From Lachnospiraceae bacterium (GTDB taxonomy: Bacteria; Bacillota; Clostridia; Lachnospirales; Lachnospiraceae), in contig JAKSPC010000002.1 of NCBI GenBank assembly GCA_024405155.1, forward strand, positions 150,194-182,193: a DNA stretch of 32,000 nt, in the 5' to 3' direction. The translations under genes were made by a program, and so were the position numbers. Numbering within the stretch: the stretch's first letter is position 1; the number at the start of each line of letters is the position of its first letter. Below, in pieces: positions 8,244 to 16,202 of this stretch. Under the pieces are notes generated by a model. The model made no database searches and was not told the DNA's origin. It was given only the letters and a program-made list of their open reading frames with translations.

Positions 8244-8533
8244 GCTTTTTCATTAAGATATTCTATTATTTTTTCAATTTCCTCATCGGAAAAACCGAAT
8301 TTTTGCTCAGTGAGCTCCTCTTTCGGCGTCACGTCGTAGGAAAACGGCGTAGTCCAGGTACTCACCAGGAGAAACTTTTTCACGTCTGGCTCCTCACCTT
8401 CCTGGATCTTTTCAATGCGGTACCGCAGTTTTCCTTTGGATCCCGTGTAGGGTGATTTCTTCAGAAATCCGATGGGAAGCAGATCATACTGCGTGATCTT
8501 ATCGTTGATAAATTCTTCTTTAATGACACTCAT
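8234..8533 (-). CDS. Hypothetical 99-aa protein (no family recognised)
   Basis: The ORF has a single possible ATG, which overlaps the polA stop by 14 nt. Its composition is protein-like (E/K-rich, with an aromatic core WTTPFSYD). It has no transmembrane segment, no signal peptide and no recognisable motif. Confidence 0.6.
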   Translation of the reverse strand: MSVIKEEFINDKITQYDLLPIGFLKKSPYTGSKGKLRYRIEKIQEGEEPDVKKFLLVSTWTTPFSYDVTPKEELTEQKFGFSDEEIEKIIEYLNEKAVL

Positions 8534-11201
8534 TCCAGTTACCGCCTGTCTTTATATCCACTTTCAGCTGCACGGAAAGATCCGCTGCCGTCTCCATGTC
8601 GCGCCTTAAGATCCGTTTCACTTCCTCTTCTTCCTCGGGTGCCGTCTCCACCAGCAGCTCATCATGTACCTGCAGCACCAGACGGGATCGCATTCCCATA
8701 AGATCTTCCGCCACTTTGTCCATGGCGATCTTCATGATGTCTGCCGCGGTGCCCTGTATCGGTGAGTTCATGGCGATCCGCTCTCCGAACTGTCTCTCCA
8801 TGTAATTGGAGGATCTCAGTTCCGGAATGGGACGGATCCGGCCGAACATTGTCTTTACGTATCCCTTCTCTTTCGCTTCTTTTACGGATATGTCCAGATA
8901 CTCTTTCACGCCCGGATATGTTTCGAAATACCTGTCGATATATTCCGTGGCCTCTTTTCTGGAAATGGAGAGATCCTCTCCCAGACCAAAGGCGGAGATG
9001 CCGTATACAATGCCGAAATTCACCGCCTTTGCGTTCCGCCGCATCTCCGGAGTTACCTCTTCCGGCGATACATGGAAGACTTCCGAAGCAGTCAGTGTAT
9101 GAATGTCCACGGAATCCCGGTAGGCACCGATCAGCTTTTCGTCCCCGGAAAGCGAAGCCAGGATCCTCAGTTCCACCTGGCTGTAGTCCGCATCTGTGAA
9201 CAGAAAACCTTCCTGCGGAATGAATACTTCTCTGATCTTTCTTCCGGCTTCCGTCCTTACGGGAATGTTCTGCAGGTTCGGATCGGCGGAAGAGATCCTT
9301 CCCGTGGCGGTGACTGTCTGATGGAACGTGCCGTGGATCCGGTTATCCGCGGATATATAGGCGGTCAGCCCCTCCGCGTACGTGGAGCGAAGCTTTCCGT
9401 AACCGCGGTATTCCAGCACGTCTCTTACGATATCATATTCGGGAGCAAGTTTTTCCAGCACGTCAGCAGCGGTGCTGTAACCGGTCTTCGTTTTTTTGCT
9501 TCCTTTGATCCCCAGCTTTTCAAACAGGATCATACCCAGCTGGGCGGGGGAATTGATGTTGAAGATCTCTCCGGCCTCCTTATAGATCTTCTCTTCCAGA
9601 GAACCGATCTTTTCTTTCAGATACTGACTGTACTTTGAAAGCGCCTCTCTGTCCACGCGGATCCCGGCGATCTCCATGTCGCACAAATGTCCGATCAGCG
9701 GATGTTCTACGGTATCATACAGAGCCTCCATCTGACCGTCTTTCAGTTTTTCTCTCAGGACGCTCACGGAGGAAGCCGCCGCAAAAGCCTTGAATGCCTG
9801 AGCGATATCGCTGACGCTTTCTCCCTTTTTCAGAAGTTCCTTTTCCGGACGGAGAACCATCCCCAGATGATCCATGGCGATGGTGTCGTAGGTATAGGAA
9901 TCACGGAGCGGATTCAAAAGATACGCAGCTACCGAAGGATCGAAAGTCTTTGCTTTCCGGATCTCGGGAAGGTCTTTCATGAGTCCCTTGAGACCGATCA
10001 CAGACACGGTATCCGCAAAGTTTTCGGCAAGATCTTCTGCCAGAGAAATAATATCTTTTGCCGGCATCTTCTCTCCGGAACGGATCACAACGGTATCTAT
10101 TCCGTCGGAAACGGAAAGTAACGCGGACCCCGGGCCTTTCTCATCTGCCATGTCAAACAGCGATATCTGTTCCGGCTCATCTTTCAGTTCGCTTACGGAA
10201 AGAGACATTCCGATAACAGGTACTTTATAAAAAGATGCTATTGCCTCTTTTGCCACGGTCAGTTCCGTGACGGTCACGAACTCCGGTTCCCCGCTTTTTT
10301 CCGCTTCCGTCGTTTTTTGGCAGGCAGATGAAAATCTTGCCGCCAGAGACTTCAATTCCAGTTCCCGAAGGATCGCCAGCGCTTCGCTCGTATAAATGTC
10401 AGCCGTATTGTTTTTTTCAAAGCAGCACAGATCTTTAGGGACAGGCACGTGGATATCGATGGTTGCCAGCTCTTTTGAAAGTTCTGCCAGATCAAAATTT
10501 TCCGAAAGCGCCCTGGAGGCACGGGGCGGTCTCACTTCATCGGCGTGTGCCCTTGCGTTTTCTATGGAACCATATGTTTCAATGATCTCACGTGCTGTCT
10601 TTTCTCCAACTCCGGGAAGACCCGGAATATTGTCGGACGTATCTCCCTGCAGCGCTTTCACGTCAATAAACTGAAGCGGTGTCACGCCGTATTCCCGTTT
10701 TACGTCTTCCGGATAATAGTGATACACCTCCGTATGCCCTTTGGATGTCTTGGGGATAGAGATCTTGATCTTCTCATCCGCCAGCTGCAGAAGATCCCTG
10801 TCACCCGAGAGGATCGTGACCTCCATTCCTTCTGCCTGTGCCTTTTTGGCGAGCGTCCCCAGAATGTCATCCGCCTCGTATCCCTCCATAGTGATCACGG
10901 GGATCCCCATGGCTTTCAGAAGTTCCTGCGCTTTACTTACCTGGACGTGCAGTTCCTGAGGCATCGGTTTTCTGGTACCTTTATACTGCGGATACAGTTG
11001 TGTCCTTTTCAGTTTGCTCCTGTCAAGATCGAATGCCGCGCAAACGTGATCCGCATGTTCGTCTTCCACCGCTTTCAGCAGTATGTTCATGAATCCGTAG
11101 ACGGCATTGGTGGGAAATCCGCTTCCCGTTGTCAGATTGGGTACACCAAAAAAAGCTCTCGACAGAATGCTGTGTCCGTCAACAAGTAGTAACTTCTCCA
11201 T
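8520..11201 (-). CDS. polA: DNA polymerase I
   Basis: The 893-aa ORF has a 5' nuclease domain (LLLVDGHS..., GDxSDNIPGxPGxGEKTA). It has polymerase motif A DYSQVELRILA, motif B RRNAKAVNFGIVYG and motif C QVHDELLVE. The central 3'-5' exonuclease-like domain lacks the DxE / NxxYD / YxxxD residues, as in Bst-type Firmicute Pol I. Confidence 0.97.
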   Translation of the reverse strand: MEKLLLVDGHSILSRAFFGVPNLTTGSGFPTNAVYGFMNILLKAVEDEHADHVCAAFDLDRSKLKRTQLYPQYKGTRKPMPQELHVQVSKAQELLKAMGIPVITMEGYEADDILGTLAKKAQAEGMEVTILSGDRDLLQLADEKIKISIPKTSKGHTEVYHYYPEDVKREYGVTPLQFIDVKALQGDTSDNIPGLPGVGEKTAREIIETYGSIENARAHADEVRPPRASRALSENFDLAELSKELATIDIHVPVPKDLCCFEKNNTADIYTSEALAILRELELKSLAARFSSACQKTTEAEKSGEPEFVTVTELTVAKEAIASFYKVPVIGMSLSVSELKDEPEQISLFDMADEKGPGSALLSVSDGIDTVVIRSGEKMPAKDIISLAEDLAENFADTVSVIGLKGLMKDLPEIRKAKTFDPSVAAYLLNPLRDSYTYDTIAMDHLGMVLRPEKELLKKGESVSDIAQAFKAFAAASSVSVLREKLKDGQMEALYDTVEHPLIGHLCDMEIAGIRVDREALSKYSQYLKEKIGSLEEKIYKEAGEIFNINSPAQLGMILFEKLGIKGSKKTKTGYSTAADVLEKLAPEYDIVRDVLEYRGYGKLRSTYAEGLTAYISADNRIHGTFHQTVTATGRISSADPNLQNIPVRTEAGRKIREVFIPQEGFLFTDADYSQVELRILASLSGDEKLIGAYRDSVDIHTLTASEVFHVSPEEVTPEMRRNAKAVNFGIVYGISAFGLGEDLSISRKEATEYIDRYFETYPGVKEYLDISVKEAKEKGYVKTMFGRIRPIPELRSSNYMERQFGERIAMNSPIQGTAADIMKIAMDKVAEDLMGMRSRLVLQVHDELLVETAPEEEEEVKRILRRDMETAADLSVQLKVDIKTGGNWNECH

Positions 11202-11205
11202 ATGT

Positions 11206-11544
11206 TTATCCTTGCGTGATGATGCCGATCACTTTGATCAGAGAAAAAAAGAGTGACCAGAAGACGAGCGTGTCCATAATGTAGCGAAGAACAAGGAATT
11301 TCTTCCGGAACCGGATGTATCGTCCGCCTTCTTCCAGATTTTCACGAAAGTTTGCGGTTATGTCATAGTCGGCACCGGGGGTGTCTATGATCTCCGGTCC
11401 TTTTTTGACGATGTATTCCAGTTCCAGCTCTTCCCTGCACTTTTCACAATGCTCCGTATGATTCAGAAAATCATTCAGATCTCTGTCCGATAAGTTTTCG
11501 GAAAGATAGGTGCCGATGGATTTTTGATATTCTCTGCATTCCAT
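11206..11544 (-). CDS. zf-HC2 (ZAS-motif) anti-sigma-factor-like small membrane protein
   Basis: The 112-aa ORF has C3-x25-H29-x3-C33-x2-C36 (MEC...HTEHCEKC), which is the Cx(23-26)Hx3Cx2C zinc anti-sigma motif. It has a C-terminal hydrophobic helix (LVFWSLFFSLIKVIGII). Its stop lies 4 nt before the polA ATG. Confidence 0.7.
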   Translation of the reverse strand: MECREYQKSIGTYLSENLSDRDLNDFLNHTEHCEKCREELELEYIVKKGPEIIDTPGADYDITANFRENLEEGGRYIRFRKKFLVLRYIMDTLVFWSLFFSLIKVIGIITQG

Positions 11545-11550
11545 ATAGCC

Positions 11551-11579
11551 ATTTTACCTGTAACGACTTGATATTTCAA
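11551..11579 (-). promoter_or_regulatory. Putative sigma-A promoter for the zf-HC2 gene and polA (possibly giving a leaderless mRNA)
   Basis: The minus strand has -35 TTGAAA (11579-11574), a 17-nt spacer and -10 TAAAAT (11556-11551). Only 6 nt (GGCTAT) separate the -10 from the ATG at 11544. No Shine-Dalgarno sequence is present at normal spacing. Confidence 0.5.
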
Positions 11580-11596
11580 GTTTCTTATGGTAGATT
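11568..11596 (+). promoter_or_regulatory. Putative sigma-A promoter for tRNA-Leu
   Basis: -35 TTGATA (11568-11573), a 17-nt spacer and an extended -10 TGgTAGATT (-10 at 11591-11596). The -10 ends 11 nt before the mature tRNA 5' end. Confidence 0.55.
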
Positions 11597-11607
11597 ATGG
11601 CACGAAG

Positions 11608-11687
11608 GCCGATATGGCGGAACTGGCAGACGCACATGACTCAAAATCATGCGGGAAACCATGCGGGTTCGAGTCCCGCTATCGGCA
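11608..11687 (+). tRNA. tRNA-Leu (anticodon CAA)
   Basis: Manual cloverleaf. The acceptor is GCCGATA/TATCGGC with discriminator A. The D-arm is GGCGGAACTGGCAGACGC. The anticodon stem is CATGA/TCATG with loop CTCAAAA. There is an 11-nt extra arm, and the T-arm is GCGGG-TTCGAGT-CCCGC. No CCA is encoded. Confidence 0.9.
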
Positions 11688-11720
11688 GAAAAAAGCTCCG
11701 GAGATCCCGGAGCTTTTTGT
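11688..11720. terminator. Bidirectional rho-independent terminator shared by tRNA-Leu (+) and upp (-)
   Basis: AAAAGCTCCGG-AGATC-CCGGAGCTTTT forms an 11-bp stem with A/T tracts on both sides. It lies between the two convergent genes. Confidence 0.8.
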
Positions 11721-11735
11721 ATTGCAGAAAATGTA

Positions 11736-12377
11736 TTATTTGGTACCGAAGATCCTGTCACCGGCGTCGCCGAGACCGGGGCAGATATATGCGTTTTCAT
11801 TCAGTTCTCTGTCGATGTGCCCGATGTATACCTGAACATCCGGATGCGCCTCGTGAAGCTTCTTAACGCCTTCGGGAGCCGCGATCATGCAGATGAATTT
11901 GATCTTCTTTCCGCCTTTGTTCTTGATCAGGTTGATGGCGTCCACTGCGGAACCGCCGGTAGCCAGCATGGGATCGGTCACTACGATGACTCTTTCCTCA
12001 ATGGGGCTGGGAAGCTTGCAGAAATACTCGTGGGGTTCGTGGGTAACTTCGTCACGGTACATGCCGATATGTCCTACCTTTGCCGAAGGGACCAGAGAAA
12101 GAACGCCGGGAACAAGGCCCAGGCCTGCTCTTAAAATGGGGACCACCGCCAGCTTTCTTCCGGCAAGTACGGGAGCTTTGCATTTTTCAATGGGTGTCTC
12201 GATCTCGATATCTTCTGTCTTTAAGTCGGCAAGTGCTTCATACCCCATCAGCATGCCCAGCTCTTCCACGATCTTACGGAACTCATTCGTTCCCGTTTCC
12301 TTCATGCGGAGCATGGTAAGCTTGTGCTGTACCAGCGGGTGTGTAAACTCATATACGTTGTCATAAATCTGTTTCAT
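11736..12377 (-). CDS. upp: Uracil phosphoribosyltransferase
   Basis: The sequence is Upp-like throughout ([18 protein letters not shown], a PRPP motif [12 protein letters not shown], and [17 protein letters not shown] at the C-terminus). The ORF track starts at a GTG at 12389. The ATG at 12377 has an AGGTGG RBS 8 nt upstream and gives the canonical ~209-213 aa length. Confidence 0.95.
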   Translation of the reverse strand: MKQIYDNVYEFTHPLVQHKLTMLRMKETGTNEFRKIVEELGMLMGYEALADLKTEDIEIETPIEKCKAPVLAGRKLAVVPILRAGLGLVPGVLSLVPSAKVGHIGMYRDEVTHEPHEYFCKLPSPIEERVIVVTDPMLATGGSAVDAINLIKNKGGKKIKFICMIAAPEGVKKLHEAHPDVQVYIGHIDRELNENAYICPGLGDAGDRIFGTK

Positions 12378-12404
12378 TCTCGGGACCACCTTTCTGAATA
12401 TATG

Positions 12405-13082
12405 TTAAAATTCACGCTTTTGAGCGATTTCTCCCTTATGCTTGTAAATGGAAGCGGCATTCACCGCGCCTCTTACGGAGGAAAGCGGATAAATGTTCGT
12501 ATTCCTTCCGATCACGGTACCCGGATTCAGTACGGAACCGCATCCGACTTCCACGAAGTCTCCGATCATGGCACCGAACTTCTTAAGGCCCGTCTCAACG
12601 TCACCGTCCTCAAAATGAACCGTTACAAGTTTCTTGTCACTCTTCACGTTGGACGTAATGGCGCCGGCTCCGGTATGGGACTTATATCCCAGGATGGAAT
12701 CTCCTACGTAATTATAATGCGGTGTCTGCACATTATCAAACAGAATTACGTTTTTTAATTCAGTGGAATTTCCGACGACGCAGTTCTCACCCACAAGTGC
12801 CGATCCGCGGATAAAGGCGCAGTGCCTTACTTCCGTTCCCGCGCCAATGATGCATGGCCCCGCAATATAGGCGCTGGGGAATACCTTTGCGGTCTTATGG
12901 ATCCAGACGTCATCCGCGGGATGATCGTATTCCTCCAAAGAAAGACCGGCTCCGGTCTTCAGAATAAACTCTTTGATCTTCGGAAGTGCTTCCCAGGGAT
13001 ATGTGACCGATTCTAAAAGTCCGGACGCCATCGTATGGGAAAGATCATACATTTCCGGTATCCTTGCGTTTTCCTTTTTCAT
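12405..13082 (-). CDS. Left-handed beta-helix (hexapeptide repeat) acyl/nucleotidyl-transferase-like protein, similar to the GlmU C-terminal domain
   Basis: The 225-aa ORF has repeated [LIV]-G-x4 hexapeptide units (IIGAGTEVRHCAFIRGSALVGENCVVGNSTELKNVILFDNV...IGDFVEVGCGSVLNPGTVIG). The substrate cannot be inferred from sequence. Confidence 0.75.
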   Translation of the reverse strand: MKKENARIPEMYDLSHTMASGLLESVTYPWEALPKIKEFILKTGAGLSLEEYDHPADDVWIHKTAKVFPSAYIAGPCIIGAGTEVRHCAFIRGSALVGENCVVGNSTELKNVILFDNVQTPHYNYVGDSILGYKSHTGAGAITSNVKSDKKLVTVHFEDGDVETGLKKFGAMIGDFVEVGCGSVLNPGTVIGRNTNIYPLSSVRGAVNAASIYKHKGEIAQKREF

Positions 13083-13086
13083 GGAC

Positions 13087-13962
13087 TTATCTCTCCTTTG
13101 CCTCGAAAAACAGGGAGTACGTACCCGGACCGATATGTGAACCGATCACGGGACCTACGTCCGTCGTCAGAAAGTCTTCCATGCCGTATTTCTCTCTGAG
13201 CCCTTTTCTTAAGAGTTCCGCGTACTCCGGGCAATCCGCATGGCAGAAGAATACAGTCCCCTTTCCCGGAGTCAGTGCCAGTTCATCGTACTTGTCCAGC
13301 AGTGTCTGCACGGCAGCCTTGATGCCTCTGGCCTTCCCCACGGCCACCAGTTTTCCGTTATTGTCCGTATGCAGGATAGGTTTGATGTTGAGTACCGTCG
13401 CAACGGCGGCAGATGCCGTGGAAAGCCTTCCGCCGCGTTTCAGATATTTGATGTCGTCTACGGAGAACCAGTGGGCAATATGCAGCTTTTCGGATTCCGC
13501 GTAATCTCTCGCTTCTTCGATGGAAGCTCCCGCATTCTTTCTGTCCACTGTTTTCTTTATCAGAAGACCAAGGCCGGCAGACTGTGCCAGCGTATCCACC
13601 AGATAGATCTTTCTTTCGGGAAACTCTTCCAGAAGTTCTTTTGCCACGAAACACGTGGTATCAAACGTGGAACTGAGTGCGGAAGAAAAACCCAGATGGA
13701 GAATGTCCTTTCCTTCCTTCAGAATGCTTCGGAACGTGCTTTCTACGGCAGAGCTGTTGGCTGCGGAAGTATTTACCATCCGACCGGCACGCATGTTTGC
13801 GTAAAACTCCGGCGCCGACATGGAGATGTCTTCTCTCTGAACCTCCGGTTCGTCTTCAAAACTGAATGAAAAGCAGGAAAACCTTACATCCCATTCTTTG
13901 AGGATGCGGGGGGCAATATCACATGTTGATTCTGTTGTAATGATATAATCCGCCACGATCAT
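13087..13962 (-). CDS. DegV family fatty-acid-binding protein
   Basis: The 291-aa ORF has DegV hallmarks: TTESTCDI near the N-terminus, YLKRGGR, and GPVIGSHIGPG near the C-terminus. Its start overlaps the parC stop (ATGA). Confidence 0.9.
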   Translation of the reverse strand: MIVADYIITTESTCDIAPRILKEWDVRFSCFSFSFEDEPEVQREDISMSAPEFYANMRAGRMVNTSAANSSAVESTFRSILKEGKDILHLGFSSALSSTFDTTCFVAKELLEEFPERKIYLVDTLAQSAGLGLLIKKTVDRKNAGASIEEARDYAESEKLHIAHWFSVDDIKYLKRGGRLSTASAAVATVLNIKPILHTDNNGKLVAVGKARGIKAAVQTLLDKYDELALTPGKGTVFFCHADCPEYAELLRKGLREKYGMEDFLTTDVGPVIGSHIGPGTYSLFFEAKER

Positions 13963-16202
13963 TTATCCTTCTGTCTGCTTCCGACACCGCCGCGCACGGC
14001 GATCTTCAGCGTATTCAAATGTACCTCATGACTTCCGTTTTTCACTACGGCGTCACCGTCCACCACTTTGGCTCCCAGAGCTAAGGCTCCTTTGGCCAGC
14101 TTCATGGCCCGCACGCCCTTGGAGTTCTTTTTCATGATGGGTATATCATCCAGTGCAAACCGGATGAAATTGCCGTTATCCGCCCAGCAGGCAACGGTGT
14201 TCATGCCGATCTCACTGACGGCTTCCATGGAAACGACTTTGTCGCCGTCTTCCAGTTTCGTTGCCTGCACCAGCCTGTTGTTGGTCTCGAACTCTTCGGC
14301 GGGCACAAGTTTGATGTTGGCAAAGGCTGTCATGAACATCAGAAGCTTTCCCTTAAGCGATGCGTCCGCATCCAGGAAAAGGATCTCTGATTCCGCCGCC
14401 TTGTACCGGGTCAGGTTATCTACGGGAAGACCTTTTTCACGGATCTTTTTAAAAGGCACCTGCGACATCTTCAAAAGATGCATGTCACCGGTATCCGTAA
14501 AGATAAGTATCTTTCCGCAGGTCGATGTGGAAACCACGTATCTGTTTTCTTCTTCCACGGTCTCGCGGTTCTTTTCGAACACTGCCGGGTCGCAAAGCTT
14601 GCAATAGCCCATTCTGTCCATCAGGAACACGCAGGGGATATCTTCCGGTTCGCTGTTTTCCACAACTACTGTTTCCGCATCTTCGATCTGCGTCCTTCTG
14701 GGATAACCGAACTTTGACTTAATATCTGAAAGATCTGCCTTAATAAGCTGTTCTCTCTTTGCCGGATCGCTGATGATCTGCGTATACTCCTTAATGGCCT
14801 TCATGGTCTCCTGATATGCCTTTTTCAGTTCCATGATCTCAAGACCTATCAGCTTGTAAAGCTGCATTTCCAGAATGGCCTTTGCCTGCCGGTCGGTAAA
14901 CCGCAGATTCATGGCGTCTTCTTTGAAAGACGGATCCCGGAAACTGATGCCGGATACGTCTCCCTTTGTCAGACAGTCTTCCGCGTCCTTCCTGTTTTTG
15001 GCGCCTCGGATCACGGCGATCACCAGATCCAGGATATTGTAGGCCGCGATCAGACCCTCCTGGATCTCACGCTTGTCCTGTTCCTTCTCCAGAAGCACTT
15101 TGTATTTCTTTTCCAGGATCGTGTGCTGGAAGGAAAGCCAGGAGGACAGGATGGCCTTAAGCGTCATCACTTCCGGTCTTCCCCCGGAAATGGCCAGCAT
15201 GTTCACACCGAAAGTGTCTTCCAGTTTTGTCTTCTTGTACAGGATATTGATGATCTTCTGAATATCGGCGTCCTTTTTCAGTTCCAGAAAGATGCTGATG
15301 CCGTCTTTATCGGAAGCGTTTCCGATGTCACTGATGTCGGTGATCTTTTTCGCTTCGATCAGGTCTGCCACGTCCTGCATGAAATTGCCGATGCCGGCAC
15401 CGATCATGGTATAGGGGATCTCCGTCACCACCAGTCTGTCCTTCTCGGATCTTTTCGCCGCGGGAACATATTCCACCTTTCCGCGGATCTTTATCTTTCC
15501 GGATCCCGTCCGATAGATGTCGGCCAGTTCCGATTTGTTGGCAACGATGCCGCCTGTGGGAAAATCCGGGCCCGGAAGGATCTCCATCATCTGTTCCAGC
15601 GTCATTTCCTTATTGTCCACATAAGCGCTGCAGAGATCACAGAGTTCCGAAAGGTTGTGGCAGGGCGTGGACGTGGTCATGCCGACGGCAATGCCCTCCG
15701 ATCCGTTCAGAAGGAAGTTCGGGATCCTCACCGGAAGGACTTCCGGTTCACCCTCCGTATTGGTGTATGCCTGCACATAATCCACGGCCTTGTCGATATC
15801 CTTAAGGAATACCTCATCCGTAAATCTTCTCAGTTTTGCTTCCGTATACCGGTAGGCAGCCGCGGAGTCTCCTTCTACGGAGCCGAAATTTCCTTTTCCG
15901 TCCACCAGAGGAACGCTCTTTTTGAAATCCTGGCTCATCACCACCATGGTCTCATAAATGGAGGAATCGCCGTGAGGATGGAACCGGCCCATGGTGTCAC
16001 CGCAGATACGGGCGGATTTCATTTCTTTTCTGTCATGATGCACGTGAAGATCGTCCATGTCATAAAGAAGACGTCTCTGCACGGGTTTCAGGCCGTCACG
16101 GATATCCGGTACTGCCCTGGCCGTGATGACGGACATGGAATAATCCAGATAAGACTTCTGCATCTCGTCGGTATATTCTGTTCTCAGTATCTTCTCAGCC
16201 AT
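13959..16202 (-). CDS. parC: Type IIA DNA topoisomerase subunit A, topoisomerase IV ParC/GrlA-like
   Basis: The 747-aa ORF has GLKPVQRR, HPHGD and the catalytic-Tyr motif AAYRYTEAKL. The C-terminal domain is short and I could not find a GyrA-box (QRRGGKG), which favours ParC over GyrA. Confidence 0.85.
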   Translation of the reverse strand: MAEKILRTEYTDEMQKSYLDYSMSVITARAVPDIRDGLKPVQRRLLYDMDDLHVHHDRKEMKSARICGDTMGRFHPHGDSSIYETMVVMSQDFKKSVPLVDGKGNFGSVEGDSAAAYRYTEAKLRRFTDEVFLKDIDKAVDYVQAYTNTEGEPEVLPVRIPNFLLNGSEGIAVGMTTSTPCHNLSELCDLCSAYVDNKEMTLEQMMEILPGPDFPTGGIVANKSELADIYRTGSGKIKIRGKVEYVPAAKRSEKDRLVVTEIPYTMIGAGIGNFMQDVADLIEAKKITDISDIGNASDKDGISIFLELKKDADIQKIINILYKKTKLEDTFGVNMLAISGGRPEVMTLKAILSSWLSFQHTILEKKYKVLLEKEQDKREIQEGLIAAYNILDLVIAVIRGAKNRKDAEDCLTKGDVSGISFRDPSFKEDAMNLRFTDRQAKAILEMQLYKLIGLEIMELKKAYQETMKAIKEYTQIISDPAKREQLIKADLSDIKSKFGYPRRTQIEDAETVVVENSEPEDIPCVFLMDRMGYCKLCDPAVFEKNRETVEEENRYVVSTSTCGKILIFTDTGDMHLLKMSQVPFKKIREKGLPVDNLTRYKAAESEILFLDADASLKGKLLMFMTAFANIKLVPAEEFETNNRLVQATKLEDGDKVVSMEAVSEIGMNTVACWADNGNFIRFALDDIPIMKKNSKGVRAMKLAKGALALGAKVVDGDAVVKNGSHEVHLNTLKIAVRGGVGSRQKDK

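Noticed and set aside
9700-10300. The central 3'-5' exonuclease-like domain of PolA lacks the DxE, NxxYD and YxxxD catalytic motifs.
   Set aside because: This is real but not novel. Loss of proofreading residues is the known state of Bacillus/Geobacillus-type Firmicute Pol I enzymes, so it is noted only as annotation detail.
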